This document shows positions 1 to 10,158 of a stretch of DNA of 64,000 bases, in pieces (the first letter of the stretch is position 1; each line of letters begins with the position of its first letter). A model generated the notes under the pieces. The model saw nothing but the letters and a program-made list of their open reading frames with translations. It had not been told where the DNA came from and made no database searches. The translations under genes were made by a program, and so were the position numbers. The stretch lies in the NCBI RefSeq assembly GCF_003334255.1, contig NZ_QOWU01000022.1; one strand, given 5' to 3'. The stretch comes from Escherichia coli (GTDB lineage Bacteria > Pseudomonadota > Gammaproteobacteria > Enterobacterales > Enterobacteriaceae).

Positions 1-77
1 ACACCTGCCGAACCCTGGACAATGGGACCGCCATACTGAGTCATATCTCCCTGACGCGCCGCTGGTTTTCCGCTCAT
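1..77 (-). CDS. Rhs-family protein, N-terminal PAAR-like segment (5' end only; gene continues beyond window start)
   Basis: Reverse complement of 1-77 translates from ATG (75-77) as MSGKPAARQGDMTQYGGPIVQGSAGV, the typical PAAR-motif N-terminus of E. coli Rhs proteins; AAGGA Shine-Dalgarno (SD) ~9 nt upstream; starts 66 bp downstream of vgrG stop. Confidence 0.55.
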   Translation of the reverse strand, partial: MSGKPAARQGDMTQYGGPIVQGSAG

Positions 78-143
78 GATTCAATTCCTTCTTCTGTTTA
101 TTTTTAATGCTGGTTTGTTACTGAATACCGAACAGGTACGGGA

Positions 144-2252
144 TCAGTACTCTCTCATATCCGGCGTATCCTGCTTTTCATCAGGGGTCTTCGGTGGGGA
201 TTTCGAGGCTGCACAGTTCCAGTTAATCAACAGTGAGTCACCATTAACCTGCTCCTTACCCTGCAAATGAATTTTTGTGCCGTTGAGAAAAATTTGTCCG
301 TCCTTCGTCAGCACCAGCCTTGCCTTACCACAGCAGAGCTCCAGATGCTCACCGGCGGAGTAAATCGCGGTCTGCCCGGTATCATCCTTTTTCGTTTTAC
401 CAACGGTGAAGGTAACGTTATTTCCGACTTTGACGTCATAACCCAGCCCGACCCTCAACGATTTATGCAAACCGATCTGCGAGGACTGCATCAGAGCCAC
501 CGAAGTGTTCATAATGCCACCTACCGTCGTCTGGTACGCCACGCCCACGGTCAGCGCACGAACAAGTCCAATCGTTTCCACCTGAACAGAACCCACTTTA
601 ATTATCTGGTTACTGCCCACCGTCTCTATCTGGTTGACACCCACCGTCTGTATCTGATTGTTGGTAACCGCAATCATCTGATTGTTGCCAATGGTTTCAG
701 CATGGTTGTTTATCACATCAGTGGTGCGGTTATTCAGCACCTCGGTGTTCATGTTCTTCTGCGCGTGGATGTAGACCTGTTCTTTCCCTGTCGCATCGTC
801 AAACTTCAGTTCATTAAACCCGCTGCCCTTATAGGTTTTCGAACGAATGGTCATCTGCGTCTTCGTCCCCGGCAGGCTGCCGGGTGTGCGGTTTTCATGG
901 TGGTAGGTACGCCCCATAATAATCGGCTGGTCCGGGTCGCCGTTGAGGAAGTCCACAATCACCTCCTGACCCACTCGCGGTATCGCCAGGTTGCCAAAGC
1001 CGGTGCCTGCCCACGCCTGTGCCACACGGATCCAGCATGAACTGTCCTGGTTTGACGGGTTATAGCGGTCCCAGTTAAATTTCACCCGCACGCGGCCATG
1101 TTCATCACAGAAGATTTCCTCGCCTGCCGGTCCCGTCACGACGGCGCTCTGCGGGCCGTCGACCAGCGGTTTCAGCAACGGCTGTGGTCGCCATGTTCTG
1201 TCTGCCGGGATCACCGCAAAATGGTTCTCCAGCGCCGTCCCCGCTCCCTGCCGTCCTGGCACCGCCTGTGGCTGTTCGCCGTGCAGTTCACTTGCCACCA
1301 CCTGCCATTCCCGGTTCAGGTTCGCCTGCGGATGCCCCGTCAGCACAATTCGTCGTCCCGGCCATATCTCCGGCGAGCGACTCATTCCCCGCGCGGTTTC
1401 TGCATTGTTTCGCCAGCCGTCCATCTGCCAGCGGGCAAAGTTCTGCCCGTGGGCACCCTTGAAACGTCCGGGGTAGTCATACACTTCATACTGCGTGCGC
1501 TGGTAGTCCTGGTGCTGGCCTTCCTGTTCAAAACGTCCGGCCCAGCCGGGGCGTTTAAAGGTGTAGTCTTTGGTCACCACGGAAGAAGGGCGGATTTGTG
1601 CGCTGTAGCGGAACTGGCTGATGCAGAGGGTGCTCACCTCGGTACGGGTGTTCGGGTTCCATGGGATTTCAAAAGATTCGGGCAGATGGCGGACTGTGTC
1701 GCACAGCACCAGGCTCTGGTCGGTACTTTTGTAAGCATGCTCCTCATAAAAGAAGATGCCTTCCTCCGCCGCCATCCGGCACAGGAAATCGTAATCAGTC
1801 TCACCGTACTGGACACAAAACTCACGGGAAGGATGCGGCTCGCTGAACAGCGGACTCCATTCGGTCACCCCGTTTTCCTGCAACATCGTGCCGAGGATGC
1901 TTTTGATGTCCTCGTTCTGGAAGATACGGAAGTTCTGGCGCAGACCGGCACGCCACAGCGGCGGGTGCACCTTCATGCTGTACAGCATCTGGTTTTTGTC
2001 GTTCTCCCCGAGTTCAAACCAGGTCACCACGCCTTTCACCCGGCGCTGTACTTCATCGCCCTGCCATATCGTCAGGTAGGCCATTTTGTCCAGCACCTGC
2101 GCAAATTCAAGGGAGAGAAACTGCTGGCTGACCAGGGAGAGATCGAGGGAAAAGAGCGAAGAGAGTGACTGGTTCAGATGAAAGGAAACCACCGCAAAAG
2201 CATCCGGCGGCAGGCCGTCCACTTCCAGTGTGAAACGTAATCCGGTTGACAT
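144..2252 (-). CDS. vgrG: Type VI secretion spike protein VgrG (about 702 aa)
   Basis: ORF track 144..2288; trimmed to ATG at 2250-2252 preceded by GGAGG SD; N-terminus MSTGLRFTLEVDGLPPDAFAVV and gp27/gp5-like body typical of VgrG. Confidence 0.85.
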   Translation of the reverse strand: MSTGLRFTLEVDGLPPDAFAVVSFHLNQSLSSLFSLDLSLVSQQFLSLEFAQVLDKMAYLTIWQGDEVQRRVKGVVTWFELGENDKNQMLYSMKVHPPLWRAGLRQNFRIFQNEDIKSILGTMLQENGVTEWSPLFSEPHPSREFCVQYGETDYDFLCRMAAEEGIFFYEEHAYKSTDQSLVLCDTVRHLPESFEIPWNPNTRTEVSTLCISQFRYSAQIRPSSVVTKDYTFKRPGWAGRFEQEGQHQDYQRTQYEVYDYPGRFKGAHGQNFARWQMDGWRNNAETARGMSRSPEIWPGRRIVLTGHPQANLNREWQVVASELHGEQPQAVPGRQGAGTALENHFAVIPADRTWRPQPLLKPLVDGPQSAVVTGPAGEEIFCDEHGRVRVKFNWDRYNPSNQDSSCWIRVAQAWAGTGFGNLAIPRVGQEVIVDFLNGDPDQPIIMGRTYHHENRTPGSLPGTKTQMTIRSKTYKGSGFNELKFDDATGKEQVYIHAQKNMNTEVLNNRTTDVINNHAETIGNNQMIAVTNNQIQTVGVNQIETVGSNQIIKVGSVQVETIGLVRALTVGVAYQTTVGGIMNTSVALMQSSQIGLHKSLRVGLGYDVKVGNNVTFTVGKTKKDDTGQTAIYSAGEHLELCCGKARLVLTKDGQIFLNGTKIHLQGKEQVNGDSLLINWNCAASKSPPKTPDEKQDTPDMREY

Positions 2253-3071
2253 AGCAACCTCCGTGAAAATGAATAATAATCCGCACATATTGCATGTACA
2301 ACATGTCGGGCGGATGAGATAAGCGAGTCGACATCTGGCGTTACCGGGGAATATCAGAAAAATGTCATGGTTATGTGATGATTTAGTCTGGGATTTTACT
2401 TCAGAGAAACGGGTGTCTGTTTAGTCAACAAAATAATCACAAACGCAACGGATGGGTTCTCGACGTTATTCACGACAGGCTCGTACATTACAGCGAGTAA
2501 TAAAAAACCTGATATGCAAAGTCAAACCAATATTCATAATGTCTTTTTATTCACAACAATAAATAATTCAATAACAATCATTGAAATGAATGATGGTTTG
2601 TATAAGGAATATACGCTACCGCCCCACCCTGATAACATGATCTGCACATTGCCATCTTAACGTCGTTAAACACTAGCTTAATAGTGGATATTTCAAATTA
2701 GGAATTTATTAAATTCACCTGATGAATATAATAAGCAAATAGCATAGAAAATAATGACAACTCCCCCGAGGGGACCATTTCCAAAGCACTGCACCACCAC
2801 CTGGTGCCGGATGATCTTGCTTCAGTGGTAAGAGTACCTGATGCATTGTTCCCAAAATGGTGTTTTCCCCTGCCCCTCCAATAATGTGTAGCTCTCACTT
2901 GATAATCTATTGATTAGGTTATATTAAGAATCAACATTTAAAATACATCCATTTTCTTGAATAAATCAACATGTTTATTAATCAATTGCTGTTTTAGCTC
3001 TGACTCATCAAGCTCTCCATATTTGTCCTACAGATAATTGCGAATAAATACAGAGAACGCCATTTATCCTT

Positions 3072-3284
3072 TTAGCATACCTGCCGGATATTTTTATTTG
3101 TATTAATATTAATTGCATCTCCAACTCCGAGCATATCCATCATTAAAAACATTTTGAGATTATAGAATGCCTGTGATAACAACTGAAACATCTGCACAAT
3201 GTGAATAGTTAGTTTCTTTTCAGAGGAAATGAAATAGACACGCTGAATGAAAAGGAGAGTGATATAAATTAAAAAACATACCAT
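3072..3284 (-). CDS. Small hypothetical protein (70 aa); size and position between yncG and the vgrG/rhs module match K-12 yncH
   Basis: ORF track only; AT-rich context; identity inferred from synteny, not from sequence recognition. Confidence 0.3.
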   Translation of the reverse strand: MVCFLIYITLLFIQRVYFISSEKKLTIHIVQMFQLLSQAFYNLKMFLMMDMLGVGDAININTNKNIRQVC

Positions 3285-3359
3285 GAATTTAATTAATTAC
3301 GCCCATCATTGTGGATAAAGTTACTGAATAATAAATAACATAATCTTCTGGTATCCCAC

Positions 3360-3977
3360 TCAAATAATTTCATTCCTTTTTAATACTTCTTGTAATTTCG
3401 GTAACTGACATACAGCATCAGCAATCGCACTGATATTCGTGGCATTATCCTGAAACCATTCATGCCCCGGCCCCCATGTGCGCATAACGCAGAGATAACA
3501 GTCCACCAGGGTTAGCTGCTCGCCAAACGCATAAGGTTCAGCAGTGAGCTGCGAATTCAACCAGATATAAAGCGATTTTCGATATTCAATAACATTCTTC
3601 TTTAACTGTTCAGGCGCGTCAGGAGCCCAACGCTCAGGGTAATCGGCGAAAGTGAACGTTGGATAGACATTAGCAACCAGCCAGACCAATAACCGTTGAA
3701 ACTGCTGGCGTTCGGTGCGCCCAACCGGTGGCGCAAGGTCCGGGCGACGATCGAGAACCATCAATGCAATCGCCGCTGTCTCCGTCATAATCTCGTCATT
3801 TTCCAGCGCCAGTGTCGGAACCTGACACAACGGGTTCAGGGTTTTCAATAACTCGCGTGAAGTTCCCTCGTGGTCAAAACCACTGACATCAACGAACTGA
3901 TAAGGAATATCAGCCAGTGTTAGCATCAGCTCACTGATTGTAGAGCCCCATCCGGGTACGCCATACACCTTAATCAT
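3360..3977 (-). CDS. yncG: Glutathione S-transferase-like protein YncG (205 aa)
   Basis: ORF track; GST-fold-like N-terminus (MIKVYGVPGWGSTISELML); synteny next to ansP. Confidence 0.8.
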   Translation of the reverse strand: MIKVYGVPGWGSTISELMLTLADIPYQFVDVSGFDHEGTSRELLKTLNPLCQVPTLALENDEIMTETAAIALMVLDRRPDLAPPVGRTERQQFQRLLVWLVANVYPTFTFADYPERWAPDAPEQLKKNVIEYRKSLYIWLNSQLTAEPYAFGEQLTLVDCYLCVMRTWGPGHEWFQDNATNISAIADAVCQLPKLQEVLKRNEII

Positions 3978-4242
3978 ATGCCCCTCACAATCTTTTAAAG
4001 ATTAAGTGTAGGACAGCACACAGGTAAACCTGCAAAAGGATTGTCATTTTTTCGTCAGTTGTATGAATCCTCTTCAGGATTGTAAGGGGATGTTTTGCAT
4101 CGTTTATCGATAACGGGTAGGATGCTGTGCCGATAGTTTTATACCCATAAAGAATAATGGTGAATCTTGTCATCGCCAGGATGAATAAACATTGTTCATG
4201 GCAACTTATATGACTTTTTCATTAAAGCAATCAGGGAGAGCA

Positions 4243-5742
4243 ATGAGTAAACACGACACCGACACTTCAGATCAACACGCCGCGAAACGCCGCTGGCTTA
4301 ATGCCCACGAAGAGGGGTATCACAAAGCGATGGGCAATCGCCAGGTACAGATGATTGCCATTGGCGGCGCGATTGGCACCGGCTTGTTTTTAGGCGCGGG
4401 AGCCCGACTGCAAATGGCGGGGCCAGCACTGGCACTGGTCTATTTGATCTGCGGCCTGTTTTCATTTTTTATTCTGCGTGCATTGGGTGAGCTGGTGTTA
4501 CATCGCCCTTCCAGTGGCAGCTTTGTTTCTTATGCCCGTGAGTTTTTGGGTGAGAAAGCCGCTTACGTTGCTGGCTGGATGTACTTCATCAACTGGGCGA
4601 TGACGGGGATTGTTGATATTACCGCTGTAGCGCTGTATATGCATTACTGGGGGGCGTTTGGCGGCGTGCCGCAGTGGGTCTTTGCGCTCGCTGCGCTGAC
4701 CATCGTTGGCACCATGAATATGATCGGTGTGAAATGGTTTGCGGAGATGGAGTTCTGGTTTGCGCTTATTAAAGTGCTCGCCATTGTGACCTTTTTGGTC
4801 GTGGGTACAGTGTTCCTCGGTAGCGGTCAGCCGCTGGATGGCAACACCACTGGCTTTCATTTAATTACCGATAACGGCGGCTTCTTCCCCCACGGTTTGC
4901 TGCCTGCGCTGGTGTTGATTCAGGGCGTAGTGTTTGCTTTTGCCTCCATTGAAATGGTGGGTACAGCTGCCGGAGAATGTAAAGATCCGCAGACCATGGT
5001 GCCTAAAGCGATTAACAGTGTGATTTGGCGTATTGGCCTGTTTTACGTCGGCTCCGTGGTGTTGCTGGTTATGTTATTGCCGTGGAGCGCGTATCAGGCG
5101 GGGCAAAGTCCGTTCGTGACGTTTTTCTCTAAACTGGGTGTGCCGTACATCGGCAGCATTATGAACATTGTGGTGCTGACCGCTGCCCTCTCCAGCCTGA
5201 ACTCAGGTCTGTACTGCACCGGACGTATTCTGCGCTCGATGGCGATGGGCGGTTCCGCACCGAGTTTTATGGCGAAAATGAGTCGTCAGCATGTGCCGTA
5301 TGCCGGGATTCTGGCGACACTGGTTGTGTATGTCGTCGGCGTATTCCTCAACTATCTGGTGCCGTCGCGCGTATTTGAGATTGTGTTGAACTTCGCGTCG
5401 CTGGGAATCATCGCTTCATGGGCGTTTATCATCGTGTGCCAGATGCGCCTGCGTAAAGCGATTAAAGAAGGCAAAGCAGCGGATGTCAGTTTTAAACTGC
5501 CTGGCGCGCCCTTCACTTCCTGGCTGACATTACTGTTTTTACTGAGTGTCCTTGTGCTGATGGCGTTCGATTACCCGAACGGGACTTATACTATCGCGGC
5601 GCTGCCGATTATCGGTATTCTGCTGGTTATAGGCTGGTTTGGTGTGCGCAAACGTGTTGCTGAAATTCACAGCACTGCGCCAGTCGTCGAGGAAGATGAA
5701 GAAAAACAGGAAATTGAGTTTAAACCTGAAACGGCGAGTTAA
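4243..5742 (+). CDS. ansP: L-asparagine permease AnsP (499 aa)
   Basis: ORF 4192..5742 trimmed to ATG at 4243 (MSKHDTDTSDQ...) with GGGAG SD; APC-family amino-acid permease signature. Confidence 0.9.
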   Translation: MSKHDTDTSDQHAAKRRWLNAHEEGYHKAMGNRQVQMIAIGGAIGTGLFLGAGARLQMAGPALALVYLICGLFSFFILRALGELVLHRPSSGSFVSYAREFLGEKAAYVAGWMYFINWAMTGIVDITAVALYMHYWGAFGGVPQWVFALAALTIVGTMNMIGVKWFAEMEFWFALIKVLAIVTFLVVGTVFLGSGQPLDGNTTGFHLITDNGGFFPHGLLPALVLIQGVVFAFASIEMVGTAAGECKDPQTMVPKAINSVIWRIGLFYVGSVVLLVMLLPWSAYQAGQSPFVTFFSKLGVPYIGSIMNIVVLTAALSSLNSGLYCTGRILRSMAMGGSAPSFMAKMSRQHVPYAGILATLVVYVVGVFLNYLVPSRVFEIVLNFASLGIIASWAFIIVCQMRLRKAIKEGKAADVSFKLPGAPFTSWLTLLFLLSVLVLMAFDYPNGTYTIAALPIIGILLVIGWFGVRKRVAEIHSTAPVVEEDEEKQEIEFKPETAS

Positions 5743-5796
5743 TTGCAAAATTGCCCGGCTACGTGCCGGGCAAATTGAAGGTGCTCTTTACTTCAT

Positions 5797-5830
5797 GCCG
5801 GATGCGGCGCAAGCGCCTTATCCGGCCTAC
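5797..5830. repeat. REP (repetitive extragenic palindromic) element
   Basis: gccggatgcggcgcaagcgccttatccggcctac between convergent ansP and yncE. Confidence 0.5.
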
Positions 5831-5854
5831 GAAAGACAAACTCCCCCATATCTA

Positions 5855-6916
5855 TTACAGCGCAATACGAATCACATCGTCCGGCTGGGTAGCTTCCTGC
5901 TGTTTAGTGGATTTTTGTTTCACACTGACATACAACGTTTTGCCATCGGCAGACAGCGCCAGGCTGTTCGGATGAGTCGGCGTATCGAACGTTTTCACCA
6001 CTTTATAGCTTTTCGCGTCAATCACACTGACTTTACCTGCCTGACGATGCGTTACGTAAGCTTCATTACGCGCGGGGTTAAACAGCACAGCCAGTGATTC
6101 CGGTGCCGCAACCTTCGCCAGAATATTGCCATTACGGGTATCGACCACTAACACTTCTGCCGCTTTAGAATCGGTGATAAATGCACGCTGCCTGGCGGTA
6201 TCAAGGCTGATGTTGATAAAGAAGTGCTCTTTGCCGTCATCCACCAGCTTTTTACGGCTGAGGATTTTATTGTCGGCGGTGTCGATGGTAATCAATTCGC
6301 CGTCAGCGTTAGTGGTGTAAAGACGTTTGCCTTTGCTATCCAACGCCAGACCGGTACTCATTTTACCGGTGTTCTGGATGGCGGTTTTCAGTTTGATATT
6401 CTCGCCATCAACGACCCAAATCACGCTCTCTTTACCAATACCACTGATGTAAACGGTGTTCGTGGCATCGTCAGCTACCAGCTCACGCGGTTGCAGCGGG
6501 CGCACCTCTTCCGTGCGCTTACGATCATCCAGCACCAGACGACCTTTCACCTCGCCCGTTTTGGCATCTATCGCCGTGACCGCACTGTTTACGGTGTTAC
6601 CAAACCACAACGTCTGAGTCGTGTTATTGATGGTGGCACCAAACGGCTTGAGATCGTTATGGATCGCCTGCGTCACTTCCAGAGTGACCGGATCAAGACG
6701 ATAAACCACACCACCTTTATCCAGTTTGCGGCTTTGCGAAGTGGCGAGCCACAGCGCGTTTTCTTGCTGGCTATAAGCCATTTCGTAGGCACCTTTACCT
6801 ACCGCTTTACGCAGCATTTCTTCTGCGGCCTGCGTACTGAATGATGAAGCAACAAGCAATGAACCTAACAGTAATGAACCACGCAGGCGCGATGAAAACA
6901 GATGACGTAAATGCAT
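5855..6916 (-). CDS. yncE: Periplasmic beta-propeller protein YncE (353 aa)
   Basis: ORF track; signal peptide (MHLRHLFSSRLRGSLLLGSLLVASSFSTQA) followed by repeated beta-propeller blades; divergent from yncD. Confidence 0.85.
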   Translation of the reverse strand: MHLRHLFSSRLRGSLLLGSLLVASSFSTQAAEEMLRKAVGKGAYEMAYSQQENALWLATSQSRKLDKGGVVYRLDPVTLEVTQAIHNDLKPFGATINNTTQTLWFGNTVNSAVTAIDAKTGEVKGRLVLDDRKRTEEVRPLQPRELVADDATNTVYISGIGKESVIWVVDGENIKLKTAIQNTGKMSTGLALDSKGKRLYTTNADGELITIDTADNKILSRKKLVDDGKEHFFINISLDTARQRAFITDSKAAEVLVVDTRNGNILAKVAAPESLAVLFNPARNEAYVTHRQAGKVSVIDAKSYKVVKTFDTPTHPNSLALSADGKTLYVSVKQKSTKQQEATQPDDVIRIAL

Positions 6917-7001
6917 GACGACTCCCTTTGATGAACCGATATTTTTGCTGCTTCACAATGCTTCGCTAAGCGTAATCATCGTTACGCTCTTGTTATAAAT
7001 G

Positions 7002-7022
7002 GGAATGGTAATCATTATTTTC
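7002..7022. promoter_or_regulatory. Candidate Fur box in the yncE-yncD divergent promoter region
   Basis: gaatggtaatcattatttt resembles the Fur consensus GATAATGATAATCATTATC; lies between a TonB-dependent receptor gene and yncE. Confidence 0.35.
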
Positions 7023-7157
7023 TCAAATGTGGAGCATTTCTTGCCGTTACGACTACAATTTTCTCAATTACTTAACGTATCGTGCCGTTTCGTTTTCCAT
7101 AAATTTACAATTTCATTACCATAACGGCGTTTTCCCATTCTTAACCTGGCTTTTTTC

Positions 7158-9260
7158 ATGAAGATTTTTTCCGTCCGACAGACCGTTTTGCCCGCACTAC
7201 TTGCCCTTTCCCCCGTTGTTTTTGCCGCTGATGAACAGACCATGATTGTCAGTGCCGCACCGCAGGTGGTTTCAGAACTGGATACCCCAGCAGCAGTAAG
7301 CGTGGTGGATGGCGAGGAGATGCGCCTGGCAACACCGCGCATTAACTTGTCCGAATCACTGACCAGCGTGCCTGGTTTGCAGGTACAAAATCGGCAGAAC
7401 TATGCGCAAGATTTACAGCTGTCGATTCGCGGATTTGGCTCCCGCTCCACTTACGGAATTCGCGGTATTCGCCTGTATGTGGACGGTATTCCCGCTACCA
7501 TGCCCGACGGGCAAGGGCAAACATCCAACATCGATTTAAGCAGTGTGCAAAATGTGGAAGTGCTGCGTGGCCCCTTCTCTGCCCTGTATGGCAACGCGTC
7601 TGGCGGTGTAATGAATGTCACCACCCAGACCGGGCAACAGCCACCAACCATTGAAGCCAGCAGTTACTACGGCAGTTTTGGCAGCTGGCGCTATGGGCTC
7701 AAAGCAACGGGTGCAACGGGCGACGGCACACAGCCCGGCGATGTCGATTACACCGTCTCAACCACGCGTTTTACGACCCACGGCTATCGTGACCATAGTG
7801 GCGCACAGAAAAATTTAGCTAATGCCAAACTGGGCGTACGCATTGATGACGCCAGCAAATTAAGCCTGATTTTCAATAGCGTGGATATCAAAGCAGATGA
7901 CCCTGGTGGGCTAACCAAAGCAGAATGGAAAGCGAATCCGCAACAAGCGCCACGCGCTGAACAATACGACACGCGAAAAACCATCAAGCAAACTCAGGCT
8001 GGGTTGTGCTATGAACGTAGCCTGAGTTCGCGGGATGATATGAGTGTGATGATGTATGCCGGAGAGCGAGAAACGACCCAGTACCAGTCAATACCCATGG
8101 CACCACAACTTAACCCGTCACATGCGGGCGGCGTGATTACCCTGCAACGCCATTACCAGGGAATAGACAGCCGCTGGACACACCGTGGTGAACTGGGCGT
8201 TCCGGTCACGTTCACTACCGGCCTGAACTACGAAAACATGAGTGAAAACCGCAAGGGCTACAATAACTTCCGCCTGAATAGCGGCATGCCGGAGTACGGG
8301 CAAAAAGGTGAGTTGCGTCGCGACGAACGCAATCTGATGTGGAACATCGATCCCTATTTACAGACGCAGTGGCAGCTGAGCGAAAAACTGTCGCTGGATG
8401 CTGGCGTGCGCTACAGCTCCGTGTGGTTTGATTCCAACGACCATTACATTACTCCGGGTAACGGCGATGACAGCGGTGATGCCAGTTATCACAAATGGCT
8501 ACCAGCCGGATCGTTAAAATATGCAATGACCGATGCCTGGAATATCTATCTGGCAGCCGGGCGTGGTTTTGAAACGCCGACGATTAATGAGCTGTCTTAT
8601 CGGGCTGATGGGCAAAGCGGTATGAACTTTGGTTTAAAACCATCCACCAACGATACAATTGAGATCGGCAGTAAAACGCGTATTGGTGATGGGCTGCTTA
8701 GTCTCGCATTGTTCCAGACCGACACCGATGATGAAATTGTTGTCGATAGCAGTAGCGGTGGGCGTACGACTTACAAAAATGCTGGAAAGACCCGTCGTCA
8801 AGGCGCTGAACTGGCATGGGATCAACGTTTCGCGGGAGATTTTCGCGTAAACGCGTCCTGGACCTGGCTTGATGCGACCTATCGCAGCAATGTTTGCAAT
8901 GAACAGGATTGTAACGGTAATCGGATGCCTGGGATCGCCCGTAATATGGGCTTTGCGTCGATAGGTTATGTACCGGAAGATGGCTGGTATGCAGGCACGG
9001 AAGCGCGTTATATGGGCGATATTATGGCAGATGATGAAAATACGGCCAAGGCGCCGTCTTATACTCTCATCGGCTTATTCACCGGGTATAAATACAATTA
9101 CCACAATTTAACTGTGGATTTATTTGGTCGTGTCGATAATTTATTCGATAAAGAATACGTTGGTTCTGTCATTGTCAATGAGTCAAACGGGCGATATTAC
9201 GAACCTGCGCCCGGGCGAAATTATGGTGTCGGCGTGAATATCGCATGGCGATTTGAGTAA
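7158..9260 (+). CDS. yncD: TonB-dependent outer-membrane receptor YncD (700 aa)
   Basis: ORF track; signal peptide, plug domain and C-terminal aromatic residue (…AWRFE) typical of TonB-dependent receptors. Confidence 0.9.
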   Translation: MKIFSVRQTVLPALLALSPVVFAADEQTMIVSAAPQVVSELDTPAAVSVVDGEEMRLATPRINLSESLTSVPGLQVQNRQNYAQDLQLSIRGFGSRSTYGIRGIRLYVDGIPATMPDGQGQTSNIDLSSVQNVEVLRGPFSALYGNASGGVMNVTTQTGQQPPTIEASSYYGSFGSWRYGLKATGATGDGTQPGDVDYTVSTTRFTTHGYRDHSGAQKNLANAKLGVRIDDASKLSLIFNSVDIKADDPGGLTKAEWKANPQQAPRAEQYDTRKTIKQTQAGLCYERSLSSRDDMSVMMYAGERETTQYQSIPMAPQLNPSHAGGVITLQRHYQGIDSRWTHRGELGVPVTFTTGLNYENMSENRKGYNNFRLNSGMPEYGQKGELRRDERNLMWNIDPYLQTQWQLSEKLSLDAGVRYSSVWFDSNDHYITPGNGDDSGDASYHKWLPAGSLKYAMTDAWNIYLAAGRGFETPTINELSYRADGQSGMNFGLKPSTNDTIEIGSKTRIGDGLLSLALFQTDTDDEIVVDSSSGGRTTYKNAGKTRRQGAELAWDQRFAGDFRVNASWTWLDATYRSNVCNEQDCNGNRMPGIARNMGFASIGYVPEDGWYAGTEARYMGDIMADDENTAKAPSYTLIGLFTGYKYNYHNLTVDLFGRVDNLFDKEYVGSVIVNESNGRYYEPAPGRNYGVGVNIAWRFE

Positions 9261-9267
9261 TTACCTT

Positions 9268-9292
9268 GATGCCCGGTATTTGCCGGGCATTT
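9268..9292. terminator. Bidirectional hairpin terminator between yncD and mcbR
   Basis: atgcccggtatttgccgggcat inverted repeat followed by T-rich tract; lies between convergent stops. Confidence 0.5.
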
Positions 9293-9295
9293 ACT

Positions 9296-9961
9296 TTAAC
9301 GATTGTATTGCTGGTATAAAATAGCAATATTTTGTTGCATAATTTCAGCAAGACAATGTCTGCATCCCTCTTTGTCTTTTGCTTTTAACGCAGCGAGTAA
9401 CAGATGATAGTTTTCTATATGCTCCCGTAATTCCGCTGGATTAATCGCTTCATAGAGATAATGTAAACCAGGTCCCATCCTGACCCACAGTTGCTCAATC
9501 ATCTCACACAGGATGGGCATATTTGAGCGATGATAAATCGCTAAGCGAAATAGCCTGTTTACATTAATGATTTGTTCCATGTCGCCCTTTTCTTGCGCCT
9601 GCTGTAATTTCTCGAGCAATTCCTGGAGTTCCGCCAGGTCTTGCGGGGTGAGGTTTTCAACAGCCAGAGCAACTGCCATTAATTCCAGTTCGTAGCGGAT
9701 CCGATTGATTTCGTCTAATTGACGTTTCCCCACTTCCGGAACTGTAAATGCTTGCGCTGGTGCGACAGAAAGCGCATTCACCGAAACCAGACGTAATAAT
9801 GCTTCACGCACAGGTGTAATACTCATACCTAATTGCTCCGCCAGATTTTTAGTAATCAGGCGTGCGCCAGGTTTTAGTGCGCCAATACTAAGCTGATGTT
9901 TCAGGTCGTTCTCAACCTGCAGAGTCAAACTGACATGTTTCATTTTTTCCGTTCCAGGCAT
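9296..9961 (-). CDS. mcbR: GntR/FadR-family transcriptional regulator McbR (YncC, 221 aa)
   Basis: ORF 9296..10018 trimmed to ATG at 9961 (MPGTEKMKHVSLTLQ...); N-terminal winged helix-turn-helix (HTH). Confidence 0.85.
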   Translation of the reverse strand: MPGTEKMKHVSLTLQVENDLKHQLSIGALKPGARLITKNLAEQLGMSITPVREALLRLVSVNALSVAPAQAFTVPEVGKRQLDEINRIRYELELMAVALAVENLTPQDLAELQELLEKLQQAQEKGDMEQIINVNRLFRLAIYHRSNMPILCEMIEQLWVRMGPGLHYLYEAINPAELREHIENYHLLLAALKAKDKEGCRHCLAEIMQQNIAILYQQYNR

Positions 9962-10158
9962 TTTAATTCCTTCGCGTGTTTTCTGTCCAACCCTGCCTGC
10001 ATGGCAGAAGGAATTCACCTGGTGTATTAAAGTGAATAATCATAAACCACTCACCTTTGTTGTTATTAGCAGCAGAACAATGATGTGGTTAGTTAATTAA
10101 AGCTGAAAATAAGCTTTTTGCCTGGATTTTTATGGCGGCTTACGCCGCCGTTGAAACT

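Noticed and set aside
267-2168. Long plus-strand ORFs (257 aa and 356 aa) inside the vgrG region
   Set aside because: They are antisense to a well-supported VgrG frame, lack SD sequences and have no recognisable domains; treated as shadow ORFs.
2698-2898. 66-aa minus-strand ORF in the AT-rich spacer between vgrG and the yncH-like ORF
   Set aside because: No convincing SD and no recognisable motif; likely a chance ORF in AT-rich DNA, though a small accessory gene cannot be excluded.
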